This document shows positions 53,517 to 64,000 of a stretch of DNA of 64,000 bases, in pieces (position 1 is the first letter of the stretch; every line of letters starts with the position of its first letter). The notes below the pieces were generated by a model. The model did not search any database and was not told the origin of the DNA. It saw only the letters and a list, made by a program, of their open reading frames with translations. Origin of the DNA: Picochlorum sp. SENEW3 (taxonomy: Eukaryota); the NCBI GenBank assembly GCA_034226945.1, contig CP120458.1, positions 434,001-498,000 of the forward strand, in the 5' to 3' direction. Both the position numbers and the translations under genes were made by a program.

Positions 53517-55905
53517 TTATACAATTTCAGGGTCTATTGGCTCAGAAGAAGAGTCCTTCTCGGAACTCATGATGGAATAAATTCGGTCTGCAAATGCCTT
53601 GGTGGACTCGATAGGATACCCACCAGTCAATAAGGCTGTATCATACAACAATGAAATCTGATCCTTGATCGCTTCCTCATTCTTCTTTGAGACTTCATTT
53701 GCAAGATTCTTGATGATTGAATGTTCGGGGTTGATTTCCAAGATTCTGCGACCCTTCATGTATTCAGCAGCCTGAGAGTCGCCCAATGCTTGGGCCTTCA
53801 TGATTCGTTCCATGTTTGCACTCCAGCCAAACTTGCTTGCAACGACAACAGCTGGCGTGTCTGTCAAACGATTAGTGATGGTTACTTTCTCAATCTTGTC
53901 TCCCAGAAGAGTCTTCATGAAATCTGTGAGAGGTTTGAGTTCACTAGCCTTCTCTTCCAGAGCCTTCTTGTCTTCATCAGTCTCACCCAAAGAGAGATCT
54001 TCCTTTGTTACGTCAACAAGTGGCATGCCTTCAAACTCACCCAGATTTGCCATGGCAATTTCATCTATTGGTTCTGTCAAGTAGAGAACCTCGAACCCTT
54101 TGCTTGCCAATTGCTCAACATATGGGGATGCCTGGGCAGCATCTTTGGAGTCTGCAGCCAAATAATAGATGGATTCTTGCCCTTCCTTCTTGCCGGAAAC
54201 GTACTCTTCCAATGAGGTATACCCAGCACCAGATAAGTTTGAGGAGAATCGAAGCAACTTTGCCAGCACTTGTCTATTACCCTCATCTTCAAGCACACCC
54301 AGTTTAATATTCCTTCCAAATGCCTCCCAGAATGTAATATAGGTATCATCTTTTGTTCCCTCTTCTTTGCTCTTCTCTGCCATGGCAGTGATTGCGTCGA
54401 GTGTTCGTTTCACCAACTGTCGCTTGATGGCCCGCACAACTCTGCTTTCTTGGAGAATCTCTCTGGACACATTAAGGGGAAGATCTGCAGAGTCGATCAC
54501 TCCTTTGACAAAACTGAGATATCGTGGCATGAGATCCTCATCAAACTCATCAGAAATAAATACTCTCTTCACATACAGCCTGATGTTTTTGGACTTTTGC
54601 ATGGCCTCCTGTTGATCAAATGGAGCCATCCCTGGAATGAAAAGCAGAGAAGAGAATTCAATGGTACCTTCTACATTGAAATGGATCTGATCCAAAGGAT
54701 CGATAAACTCTCTGAATGTGGACTTGAAAAAGGATGCATATTCCTCTTTTGACACATCCCTTGGGGGCCTTGTCCAAAGAGGCTTGTTGTCATTCTGAAT
54801 CTCCCAGCCCTCTGAGCTCTCCCACTCAGTCTTCACCACCGGATCAACTGGGTCTGCAGACTCTTTTCCTTCCTCTTTCGCTGCCTCATCAGCCTCCTCC
54901 TGTTTCTTCTGTGTCGCATCCTCATCCACAACTTCTTTGGAGTTCTGCTTGGTAGTCCACAGGTTGATTGGGAATGAAATAAACTCACTGTACTGCTTGA
55001 TCAAACTAGACAACTTGGCAGCATCAGCTATATCCGCTGCGTCTTCTTTCAAGTGAAGCGTGATCCTCGTACCCCGTGCAATGTCATTCACATCCTCCTT
55101 GATGGTGTATGAGTGAGATCCTGCAGTAGATTCCCAACACCACTGCTTGGGATCATCATTACTCTTTGTCTGAACAGTCACCTTGTCAGCAACTAAAAAT
55201 GCCGAGTAAAACCCGACACCAAACTGACCAATCAAATTCGCATCACCCTCCTTCATAGCCTCCATAAACTTGGCAGTGCCACTCCGAGCAATCGTCCCCA
55301 GAGAAGACAAGAGCTCATCCTTGCTCATCCCAACCCCCGAATCTTCAATCACAACCGTACGCGCATCCTTATCAGCCTTGATTCGAATGCCCAGCTCGGA
55401 TCCAGAATCGTATTGGGATGGGTCTTGCAAGGCCAGCAGACGGATCTTGTCCAATGCATCACTTGCATTGGACACCAATTCCCTCAAAAACACCTCCCGA
55501 TTACTATACAAACTATTCACAATCATATCCATCAAGCGATCCACCTCCGCCTGATAGGTGAAGGTCTCCTCCTCAACAGCTGAACACACAGCCACAGAGG
55601 TGTGATACCCATGACGGCCCTGCAGAGTAGTACAGGACCCCACAAGGGGTCGTGCTGCAAACCCGAGCGGCGTGCTCGCACCCATGCCCCGCACAGGACC
55701 CATCAATACACGCCGTGTCATAGCTGAAGCATGCATTCCCAAGGACGCCTGCATAACCACGCATGCGGAAGAATTAGGAATTACCTCCCAAACCATCTTC
55801 AATCCATGAAGCCATGGTTTCGGTATCAGAATGATGTCCTTGGATTATTAATGAAACAATGAGGCATACCTGAGCACGCACTGTAGTTGACAGAGATCTG
55901 GCCAT
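53517..55905 (-). CDS. HSP90C: Plastid HSP90
   Basis: SLYSNREVFLRELVSNASDALDK, IGQFGVGFYSAF, transit peptide, no MEEVD or HDEL. Confidence 0.93.
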
Positions 55906-56075
55906 GGTACCAATACGAATAAAGAATGCCTTGTGTCGAGCTACAAGCATGAACGTAGGGATGTCCTTCTTATTTTTCTTCTTAAATTATCTTTTTATGA
56001 ATTAAAGTATTGATTGATTGATGATTGAGCAAGCACACAGGTTTGATGGAAGAATGAAGGACAAGCAATGCATCC

Positions 56076-56120
56076 CTTCCAGAACCTTCCACTCTGGTAG
56101 AGTGGCCACTCTTCCGGAAG
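56076..56120. promoter_or_regulatory. Heat-shock elements upstream of HSP90C
   Basis: TTCcaGAAccTTC (56077-56089) and TTCcgGAA (56112-56119), about 170-215 nt upstream of the ATG. Confidence 0.7.
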
Positions 56121-56221
56121 ATCCATGGATCCATGGAAATGAGTGCTAGCAACTTGCAATTGATGGCTGCTTTGTTCTTCTTCTTCTACTACTACTACGA
56201 CGACGACGACGAGGCTTTCTA

Positions 56222-57571
56222 TTATACAATATAGGCTCTTCGGGCATCCAAGGAAGAAAAGACCTCCTCAGTGATTGGACACCGGATAGGGTACTCATCA
56301 TCCTGGAGTATACTCTCCACGTTATTCACATGTGGATCCAGACACATGAGTCCTGTAGTGATTGCTTCTTCACCATAGACGTATCCATTTGGTAGCACCA
56401 TGGGTGCATTGGATCCTTCCATAATCTTTCCTGTGATTGGGCAGACTAGTTTTGATACGGTTCTCTTGGAATATGGCAATGCTTCTGCTATTCTGCAAAG
56501 AGCGGGGCTACGCATTGGGTCACCATCTCTACTACACTTGCTGCTGTGCATGCCCAGTGGGGTTTTCAATGCAGATATCCCTGCCTCCAGGTGGATTTCT
56601 AGAGGAGAGGTCAATGGTAGTCCGTGTAGTCTGAAAAACTCGTGTCGCATCTGTTGAACCAAACCCGCCCACCTGTCTTGAGGGGAGAAATGGGTGGCGT
56701 TTTTACCGCCACCGAGGTGGGGTGATGCAAGGACAAGTGCTGCAGCAGCCTGCTGGAACTCTGACAGATTGGCCGACGCATATGGCGCCAAATATGTCTT
56801 TGCATATTCTATTGCATTCCTCTGTCGCTCTTTCCATGAGCACGTATCAGAGTGTTTGAAGAGTACCTGAAGGAATTCCTGTACATGCAACTGGAATGGC
56901 AAACTGCTCTTGAGCTTTTTCAATTTCGCCTGGTGATCCTTGCACCAGGCCAACGCAACACTACACCAGCAACCCCGCTCCAGCGACACCGCCAAGTCTT
57001 GCATCTCTTTAAATCCATCTACATCCAACAGCATGGCTGCCTCCCTCATACTCTTACGCTGCAACATGCATTGAAGGCTCTTCTCATACCCACACCGTGC
57101 AATATATTCTTGCACCAACAGCTGAATCCTCTCCCCAGCATTCCATTCTACATATGACATACCCTTCACTTCCTGGGGACTTTTCATCCGCAACAAATAC
57201 CCAACTCTGGACCGGCACTGATCCAAATATTTCTTCTCCTCCATCCCAATCTCAGTCAACCGTGCCCTCAGCTCTCGTACCTTGGCCAACACTCTCTCAA
57301 CCGCTCCTTTCACATCCTCATTCTTCTCATATCTTCTATTCAGTAGTGCAACAGAATTCTGGATGGATTCAATGACATATTTACGCTCCCTCGTCACTCG
57401 TTTCAATGTATCCAATGGCACTGTCAAAATGGACACATCCCATGCAAATCGAGGATCATTTCCCACAGATTCTTCTGCTTTTGGTTCTATTGGGCAATCC
57501 GTATTTACTGGAAGGGTACCAGCACCGGGGACTGCCCCATTGGTCTGTTCCGACATCTGTATTCCATCCAT
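56222..57571 (-). CDS. MAEA: CTLH/GID E3 ligase subunit MAEA/Gid9
   Basis: LisH (LVQEYIARCGY), CTLH (ALAWC...KLKKLKSSLPFQLHVQEF), degenerate RING (CPITGKIM...PMVLPNGYVYG). Confidence 0.85.
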   Translation of the reverse strand: MDGIQMSEQTNGAVPGAGTLPVNTDCPIEPKAEESVGNDPRFAWDVSILTVPLDTLKRVTRERKYVIESIQNSVALLNRRYEKNEDVKGAVERVLAKVRELRARLTEIGMEEKKYLDQCRSRVGYLLRMKSPQEVKGMSYVEWNAGERIQLLVQEYIARCGYEKSLQCMLQRKSMREAAMLLDVDGFKEMQDLAVSLERGCWCSVALAWCKDHQAKLKKLKSSLPFQLHVQEFLQVLFKHSDTCSWKERQRNAIEYAKTYLAPYASANLSEFQQAAAALVLASPHLGGGKNATHFSPQDRWAGLVQQMRHEFFRLHGLPLTSPLEIHLEAGISALKTPLGMHSSKCSRDGDPMRSPALCRIAEALPYSKRTVSKLVCPITGKIMEGSNAPMVLPNGYVYGEEAITTGLMCLDPHVNNVESILQDDEYPIRCPITEEVFSSLDARRAYIV

Positions 57572-57868
57572 GGAAGGAATACACGAGAGGGTCTCTCTCT
57601 CTCTCTTTGTTGATTATTATTACTAGTAGTACTAGTAGTAATAGTAAAATAAACTATGCAACAAACAACCACCAGTTGGCTGTCTTTTTCCCTGAAGGGA
57701 GAGGAGTGGGTTTGAAGCATTCGAAGGCAAAGTCCGTAAATAAACATTTAAAATACTTTGGATGGCGTACGTGGTTTGTCTAATTCTACTACAATGTCTG
57801 TCCATATCAGCAGATCCACTGAGTAATCCTTCTGTAAAGATATTTAAAATCGATATCATTGGAACAAC

Positions 57869-59760
57869 ATGTCAGGCGTATTGCAAACTGTGCTGAAGAG
57901 ACAGGGCAAGAGATCTCTGTCTCTGGTCCACCAGCAACAGAGTTGGTGGTTTGGGAAGAAAGTCTCATTGCAGCAGGATGGGATGGCTGATACCAGTAGG
58001 CAGTATTCTGCTGCTGCAGAGCCAGTTGCTGTGTCTAATGATGCGGATTATGAGAAGTTTTCTTCAGATGCGAATAGGGCACATGTGACGGTGCGTGTGT
58101 GTGATGTGGTTGTATTCTGAGGAAGTGGGGGGATTGCTGGCTGTCTTGCTATTTATGATGTTGTTTTCATGATCGGGATGTATGGATGAGTGCGGGTGTA
58201 GACACAGGGTCTACCACCCCTCCTCCTCCTTTTACTACTACTACTATGACATGTACACAATACTCTTATCTTTCGAGGAGGGGAGAGGAGAGGATGTTCA
58301 GGTCATGACTGACTCACTGACTTTATTATGTATCTATAAATATGCAGTGGCCAAAGGTGCTGAATCAGTCATTGGAGCAGGTGGACCCTGAACTGTATGA
58401 CATTATTGAGCATGAGAAGAACAGGCAGTACAAGGGTTTGGAGTTGATCCCATCTGAGAATTTTGTGAGCAAATCTGTGATGGAGGCTGTTGGGTCTGTG
58501 ATGACGAACAAGTACAGTGAGGGATATCCAGGGGCGAGGTATTATGGGGGTAATGAGTTCATCGACCAAGCAGAGAGGTTGTGCCAGCAGAGGGCATTGG
58601 AGGTTTTTGGATTGGACCCAGAGAAGTGGGGGGTCAATGTCCAGAGTTTGTCTGGATCTCCGGCGAATTTTCAGGTGTACACTGCATTGCTGAAGCCACA
58701 TGATAGGATTATGGGGCTGGATTTGCCTCATGGAGGGCATTTGTCGCATGGGTTCCAGACGGATACAAAGAAGATTTCTGCCACCAGTATCTTTTTCGAA
58801 ACAATGCCTTACAGATTGAATGAAGAGACGGGCCTGATTGATTACGACATGTTGGAAACGACTGCTTCTTTATTCAGGCCAAAATTGCTCGTGGCAGGTG
58901 CCAGTGCATACACGAGGCATTACGATTACCCAAGGATGCGGGCGATTGCTGACAAGCACAAGGCAGTCTTGCTGGCAGATATGGCTCATATTTCTGGTCT
59001 GGTGGCCGCAGGTCTGGTACCCAGTCCATTTGAATATGCTGATGTGGTGACCACGACCACCCATAAATCTCTGAGAGGTCCTCGTGGAGCCATGATTTTC
59101 TACAGAAAGGGAGAGACGGGAAAGACTGACAAGAAGACTGGCAAGCCAGTCATGTATGATTTGGAAGGACCAATCAACTTCTCAGTCTTCCCGGGATTAC
59201 AGGGTGGGCCACACAACCATACCATCTCAGGTTTGGCATGTGCATTGAAGCAGGCACAGGGCAAGGAATTTGTGGAATACCAAACCCAGGTGCTGAGAAA
59301 CTCGGAGGCATTGGCAAAGGGTCTTGCAGAGCGCGATTTCTCCCTTGTGTCCGGAGGCACAGAAAATCACATTGTCCTGACAGATTTGAGGCCTAAACAG
59401 GTGGATGGATCTAGAGTTGAAAGAGTTTTGGAATTGGCACACATTGCTGCCAACAAGAACACCGTCCCAGGAGATGTCTCTGCCATGGTCCCAGGAGGAC
59501 TCAGAATGGGATCCCCAGCTCTTACCTCGAGAGGCTTTGTGGAAGCTGATTTTGAGCAAGTGGCAGAATTCGTTGACAGGGCAGTGGGAATAGCAGCTTC
59601 AATCAAGAAGGAAACCGGACCAAAGTTGAAAGACTTTAGGGAATACCTGGCAGAGAACGAAGACAGTAGAATCACAGAGCTCCGAGAGCAAGTGGAAGAC
59701 TTTGCCAAGCAATTCCCAACTGTTGGGTTCGAGAAAGCTTCAATGCGCTACAAAGAATGA
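57869..59760 (+). CDS. SHMT1: Mitochondrial serine hydroxymethyltransferase, 2 exons
   Basis: [38 protein letters not shown]. Presequence exon; intron 58071-58348. Confidence 0.97.
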
Positions 59761-59996
59761 GTGGCAATCACCTGAGGTGACCTATTCTCTTGTTGTTGTT
59801 ATGTTTCACACAAATGTAAAATGAATTCTCATCTTTTATTTTGTGGGCAGCATTTTTACATCATACAACCACATCAAAAATAGTTTATGGTACCTATGAC
59901 ATGATATAAATCAAACTTTTGTCAGAAATGCTGGGTATTGTGACAATGTCCAGCACCGCTGACTGCTTACTTTGACACTGAGACTAAATGTAGCAT

Positions 59997-61470
59997 TTAT
60001 TCCCATTTGGCAGCAAGCACCTCAGCAAGGTCGACGACTCTCTGAGAGTAACCCCACTCGTTGTCGTACCATGCAACAACCTTGACCATATCATCTCCCA
60101 TCACCATGGTGAGGGCAGAGTCAATGGTGGAGGAGACATCAGTCATGCGGTAATCGCAGGACACCAGTGGCTCGTCAGACACGGCCAAGATTCCGTTCAT
60201 CTTACCGTTGGCAGCGGTTCTGAAGGCCTCATTGACTTCCTCAGCGAAAGTCTTCTTCTCCACCTGCACGACCAAGTCCACGACGGACACGGTTGGTGTT
60301 GGGACACGGAGAGCAACTCCGTTCAGCTTTCCCTTGAGCTCAGGCAATACAAGAGCCACGGCCTTGGCAGCACCAGTGGTTGTTGGCACAATGTTCATGG
60401 CAGCGGCACGAGCACGTCTCAAATCGCGGTGAGAGGCATCCAACAATCTCTGGTCTCCAGTGTAAGAGTGTGTTGTGGTCATTGTTCCCTTGACAATGCC
60501 AAACTTCTCATCCAACACCTTGACGAATGGTGCCAAACAGTTGGTGGTGCAAGAGGCATTGGAGACAATGTTATCGGAGTGGCTGTAGTTCTCCTCGTTG
60601 ACTCCAACAACGTAGGTTGGGATTCCGTCACCCTTTGCTGGGGCAGTGATCAACACCTTCTTGGCTCCGGCCTCCAAGTGCTTGGAGGCTCCCTTCTCGT
60701 CAATGAAGACTCCTGTTCCCTCGATCACAATATCGATATCCATGGCTCCCCATGGCAACTGTGTTGGGTCACGGTTGGACACAACCTTGATCTCCTTACC
60801 GTTGATGGTGAAGCTGTCATCTCCAGTGATCTTCACATCAGCACCGAATGTTCCCATGGTGGAATCGTACTTGAGCAAGTGAGAAGCCTGCTTCACTCCT
60901 CCAGAGTCGTTCACAACCACGACCTCGAGGTTAGAGCTATCACGGCCCTCCCAGCAACGCAAGAATTGACGGCCAATTCTTCCGAATCCATTAATGGCAA
61001 CACGGCACTTCTTTGCGCAGGTGGTCACCTGACGGGAAGCTCCAGTAGAAGCAGATCTCTGCACGCATGAACAGTAGACAGCATATTAGAATTACTGCAA
61101 GAGATCAATACACTACAACAAACAGAAAAATGCCACATGCCCAGAACGGGCCTCGGGATCGCCATCCACAGCTGAGGGTCTACAACGTCAGGAAGCGATC
61201 TGGGCGACACGCTTCGTCAATCAACCCTCCAACATCCTACGGACAGACGCCAGACCAGACGATTCAGCCCTGACCACCCGATTCCCCCCGCCGATCCATC
61301 TAATAGCACCGATTTAATGATAGATACTATGTGGCAATACCATTCCTATCCAAATCGGCAATCGGCGAGTGGCTTTGTGGCTGGAGCACCCAGGGCACCG
61401 GCTTTCGACAACAACTTACACGTGGGGCACCCACACGCATTCCACCAACGCGAGTGGCAACAGATGTCAT
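59997..61470 (-). CDS. GAPA: Plastid NADP-GAPDH subunit A, 2 exons
   Basis: [31 protein letters not shown]. Ends AAKWE with no GapB extension. Confidence 0.95.
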
Positions 61471-61878
61471 GAGAATAGCCATTTTACTTTGTAGACTTGA
61501 TTGAGGTAGCAAAGTAAGCGGAATTTGATAATGCTCCAGGAGTTTGATGAAGGAACTCCCTTATCCGATAAGATGGGACGAACTATTTCGATACAACATG
61601 GCTCTATTTGTTATCTGTCCATCACACGGTGCCTTTGATGGGGAGAGATGGACAAGGCACCTTCATCCTTTCCAGCCGAGTCATTGATGGGACTGCTTCG
61701 AAAAGGAATGGTTTCCTGCAGTCATGTGGAGGTCGATACTCTCCACCCAGTGCACACATCTTCTAATCTATTAGGAAATAAAGCGACATATTCTCGCACA
61801 TAGATTGAATTGCCGCACCACTCTAGGCGTGTGTACATTTGAACGTAACTCGTTGACGGCTGCTGCGACTGAGGGACA

Positions 61879-62840
61879 ATGCCTTTGGCTGCTGTGACAA
61901 AGAATAGCGCATAGTACGTTGCTTTGTGGTGTACATGGATGTAGCAGAGATATAGATCATTAATTGTGTATGCTTGCCTCGTATGTGCAGCTTCTCCAGG
62001 TACCAGGTGAAGTATCGCCGTCGCCGAGAGGGAAAGACGGACTACAGAGCCCGTCTTCGCTTGTGTCGCCAAGATAAGAACAAATACAACACCCCAAAAT
62101 ATCGTATGATTGTGAGATTCACCAACAGGGATATTGTATGCCAGATCGCCTATGCCACTCTGTCAGGCGACGTCATCGTCAGTGCGGCGTACTCACACGA
62201 GTTGCCACGCTATGGCCTGAAAGCTGGACTCACAAACTACTCTGCTGCGTACTGCACTGGTCTTTTGTTGGCTAGACGCACATTGCAGAAGTTTGGGTTG
62301 GACAAGGCGTATGAAGGTAACACTGAGGTTGATGACCTGGGAGAGGATTACACGGTGGAGGCGAACGAAGAGGGGCCAAGGCCATTCTACTGTATTCTTG
62401 ATACAGGATTGAAGAGAACGAGTACAGGAAGCAAAGTCTTTGCTGCATTGAAGGGAGCTCTGGATGGTGGTCTTGACATCCCCCACAATGAGAAGAGGTT
62501 TGCTGGATATGAGCCAGACGAGAAGGAGTTTGATGCGGAAATCATGCACAAATACATTTTTGGAGGACATGTAGCAGAGTACATGGAGGAAATGATTGAA
62601 GAGGATCCGGAGAAATACCAGTCTCACTTTGCTGAGTACTTGAAGAATGGCATTGAGCCAGATAACTTGGAAGAGATGTACGAGTCTGTCCACGAGGCCA
62701 TTAGAGCAGATCCATCTCCAGCTCAGAAGAAGGAGAAGTCCCAACCAACAAGTGGCACCAAGCAATGGAAAGCAAGGAAGCTCACCTACGACCAGAGGAA
62801 AGAGAACCTCAAGGCCAAGCTTGCTGCTCTCATGGGATAA
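61879..62840 (+). CDS. RPL5: 60S ribosomal protein L5 (uL18), 2 exons
   Basis: [30 protein letters not shown]. Intron 61914-61990. Confidence 0.97.
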
Positions 62841-63085
62841 GATGATATTGCTCTGCGTGAGTGATTGGGTTTATATATATACATATCATGTAAGAGTTTC
62901 ATACATAGTCTGGTTCTTTCTTGGTTTATCAAAAAAAAACCATCCTCATGCATTTTCATAAAGTTACAATGGTAAAAAAACAAAATTGATGACCTGAATG
63001 TTGCCATGTGCATGTCAGATCTGGTCACCCAGCAGATCGTCATATTCAATTCCACAAGGCTAGCATGTACGCTCAGTTCATCAAC

Positions 63086-63373
63086 TCATCGATGCAATTT
63101 GTCTAGAATACTTTCAAGATTCTTTATGAGGATTGGAATGTGCACATGTGAACCGTCAGTTGTAGACGGCCCCTTTGCAGAGAAGGCTATCCTCTCGCCA
63201 TTCAGTGATACATGGATTTGGTCCTCTGGGCTCATCTCTTCCTCGTATTCTTCCCCTTCGACAAGCACTTGAGGAAAACGCTCCTCAATACAATCTGCCA
63301 TCTCAATGAAATCGTCAACACGTGCCCGATCATACCTTACCAACACAGTCGGTGGAGGAGGCCGATCGAGCAT
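63086..63373 (-). CDS. Small Rdx (SelW/T/H)-fold-like protein lacking CxxU/CxxC; 5' structure uncertain
   Basis: VLVRY...FIEMADCIEERFPQVLVEG...IHVSLNGERIAFS resembles the Rdx beta-alpha-beta pattern. Confidence 0.4.
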   Translation of the reverse strand: MLDRPPPPTVLVRYDRARVDDFIEMADCIEERFPQVLVEGEEYEEEMSPEDQIHVSLNGERIAFSAKGPSTTDGSHVHIPILIKNLESILDKLHR

Positions 63374-63877
63374 GGATTTTCATGCAAAATGCCGCCCTTG
63401 CTTTGCAAACATGCTGTCTATAGGCGACACTCTACTCACTAAAGGTGCTCTTGAGATGCCCTCGGTCGATACTATGCGCAGAGTTGGTGCAGGAAGGTGT
63501 CGTGAAATACTACCACACAAGGTTCTAAAACTGTGGCCGCGACATCCAAATGCGCCATCATTCGGCAGCTCTCGAGACGTGATATGATTTTTAATACCAA
63601 TATTCGATGCAGAAGAGGGTGTTGTCCCTTCAATGCCGGGGAGGTGAGAGAAAGCACGCAAGCTTGCGTTCCTCAAGACGGTCTCCTCAAGTGGCCACTG
63701 CTGAACCGACCGAACCAAAAGGCTCCGGTATCGATTCATTACCGGTATTATTTTATGACGACGCACTGTACAGCTTTGGGCCACAACCAAGACATCAAAA
63801 AGAGTTCTGCGGCCACGATTACGAAGAAAACGGGACGTCGGGGATTCTTGAATAAAAATGTATAAAAATTCTGTTGG

Positions 63878-63979
63878 TATCCCGCATGGGGTTCGAACCC
63901 ACGACCTTCGCTTGTATCCACCGCCACACGAGGTACTTGCGGTCCGGAGAGCGACGCTCTTCCACTGAGCTAGCGGGAC
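63878..63979 (-). tRNA. tRNA-Arg(CCG) with 30-nt canonical intron (63914-63943)
   Basis: Acceptor GUCCCGC/GCGGGAU, D-arm GCUC/GAGC with A20, anticodon stem UCGCU/AGCGA with CU-CCG-G, T-loop UUCGAAC, downstream T5 terminator. Confidence 0.92.
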
Positions 63980-64000
63980 TTGCGAGCGGTGTCCAGTCCC

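Noticed and set aside
56175..56212. Compound (TTC)(TAC)(GAC) microsatellite; similar (TTC)n near 31515
   Set aside because: Short simple repeats with no spacer structure; not CRISPR or mobile DNA.
60429..61070. Long antisense ORFs opposite GapA (also opposite RPL5, ClpP, GR, HSP90)
   Set aside because: Shadow frames expected from the codon bias of conserved genes.

Overview
Gene-dense nuclear DNA of a compact-genome eukaryote, most likely a trebouxiophyte green microalga (Picochlorum/Chlorella-like; inferred from plastid-targeted GapA, ClpP5, HSP90C, OHP1, UhpC-type transporter, short GT-AG introns and TGTAA poly(A) signals). It holds about 33 protein genes, mostly housekeeping (RPS11, RPL5, V-ATPase A, H2B, DIM1, transportin, SF3B2, Pol epsilon, SHMT, glutathione reductase), and one intron-containing tRNA-Arg(CCG). 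No transposon or CRISPR array was seen. The best leads are: (1) a candidate H/ACA snoRNA in DIM1 intron 2 whose first pocket fits a conserved LSU rRNA segment; (2) same-strand gene pairs with almost no spacer, including a TAATG stop/start overlap into an NO66 oxygenase, suggesting polycistronic or coupled expression; (3) a ~73% GC multi-hairpin island at 11.9-12.1 kb; (4) a spliced 62-aa HABP4/Stf2-like microprotein absent from the ORF track; (5) a MEKHLA-WHEP fusion, a flagellar ODA-DC2 remnant and a chitin synthase. Exon boundaries were read by eye and need RNA-seq confirmation.
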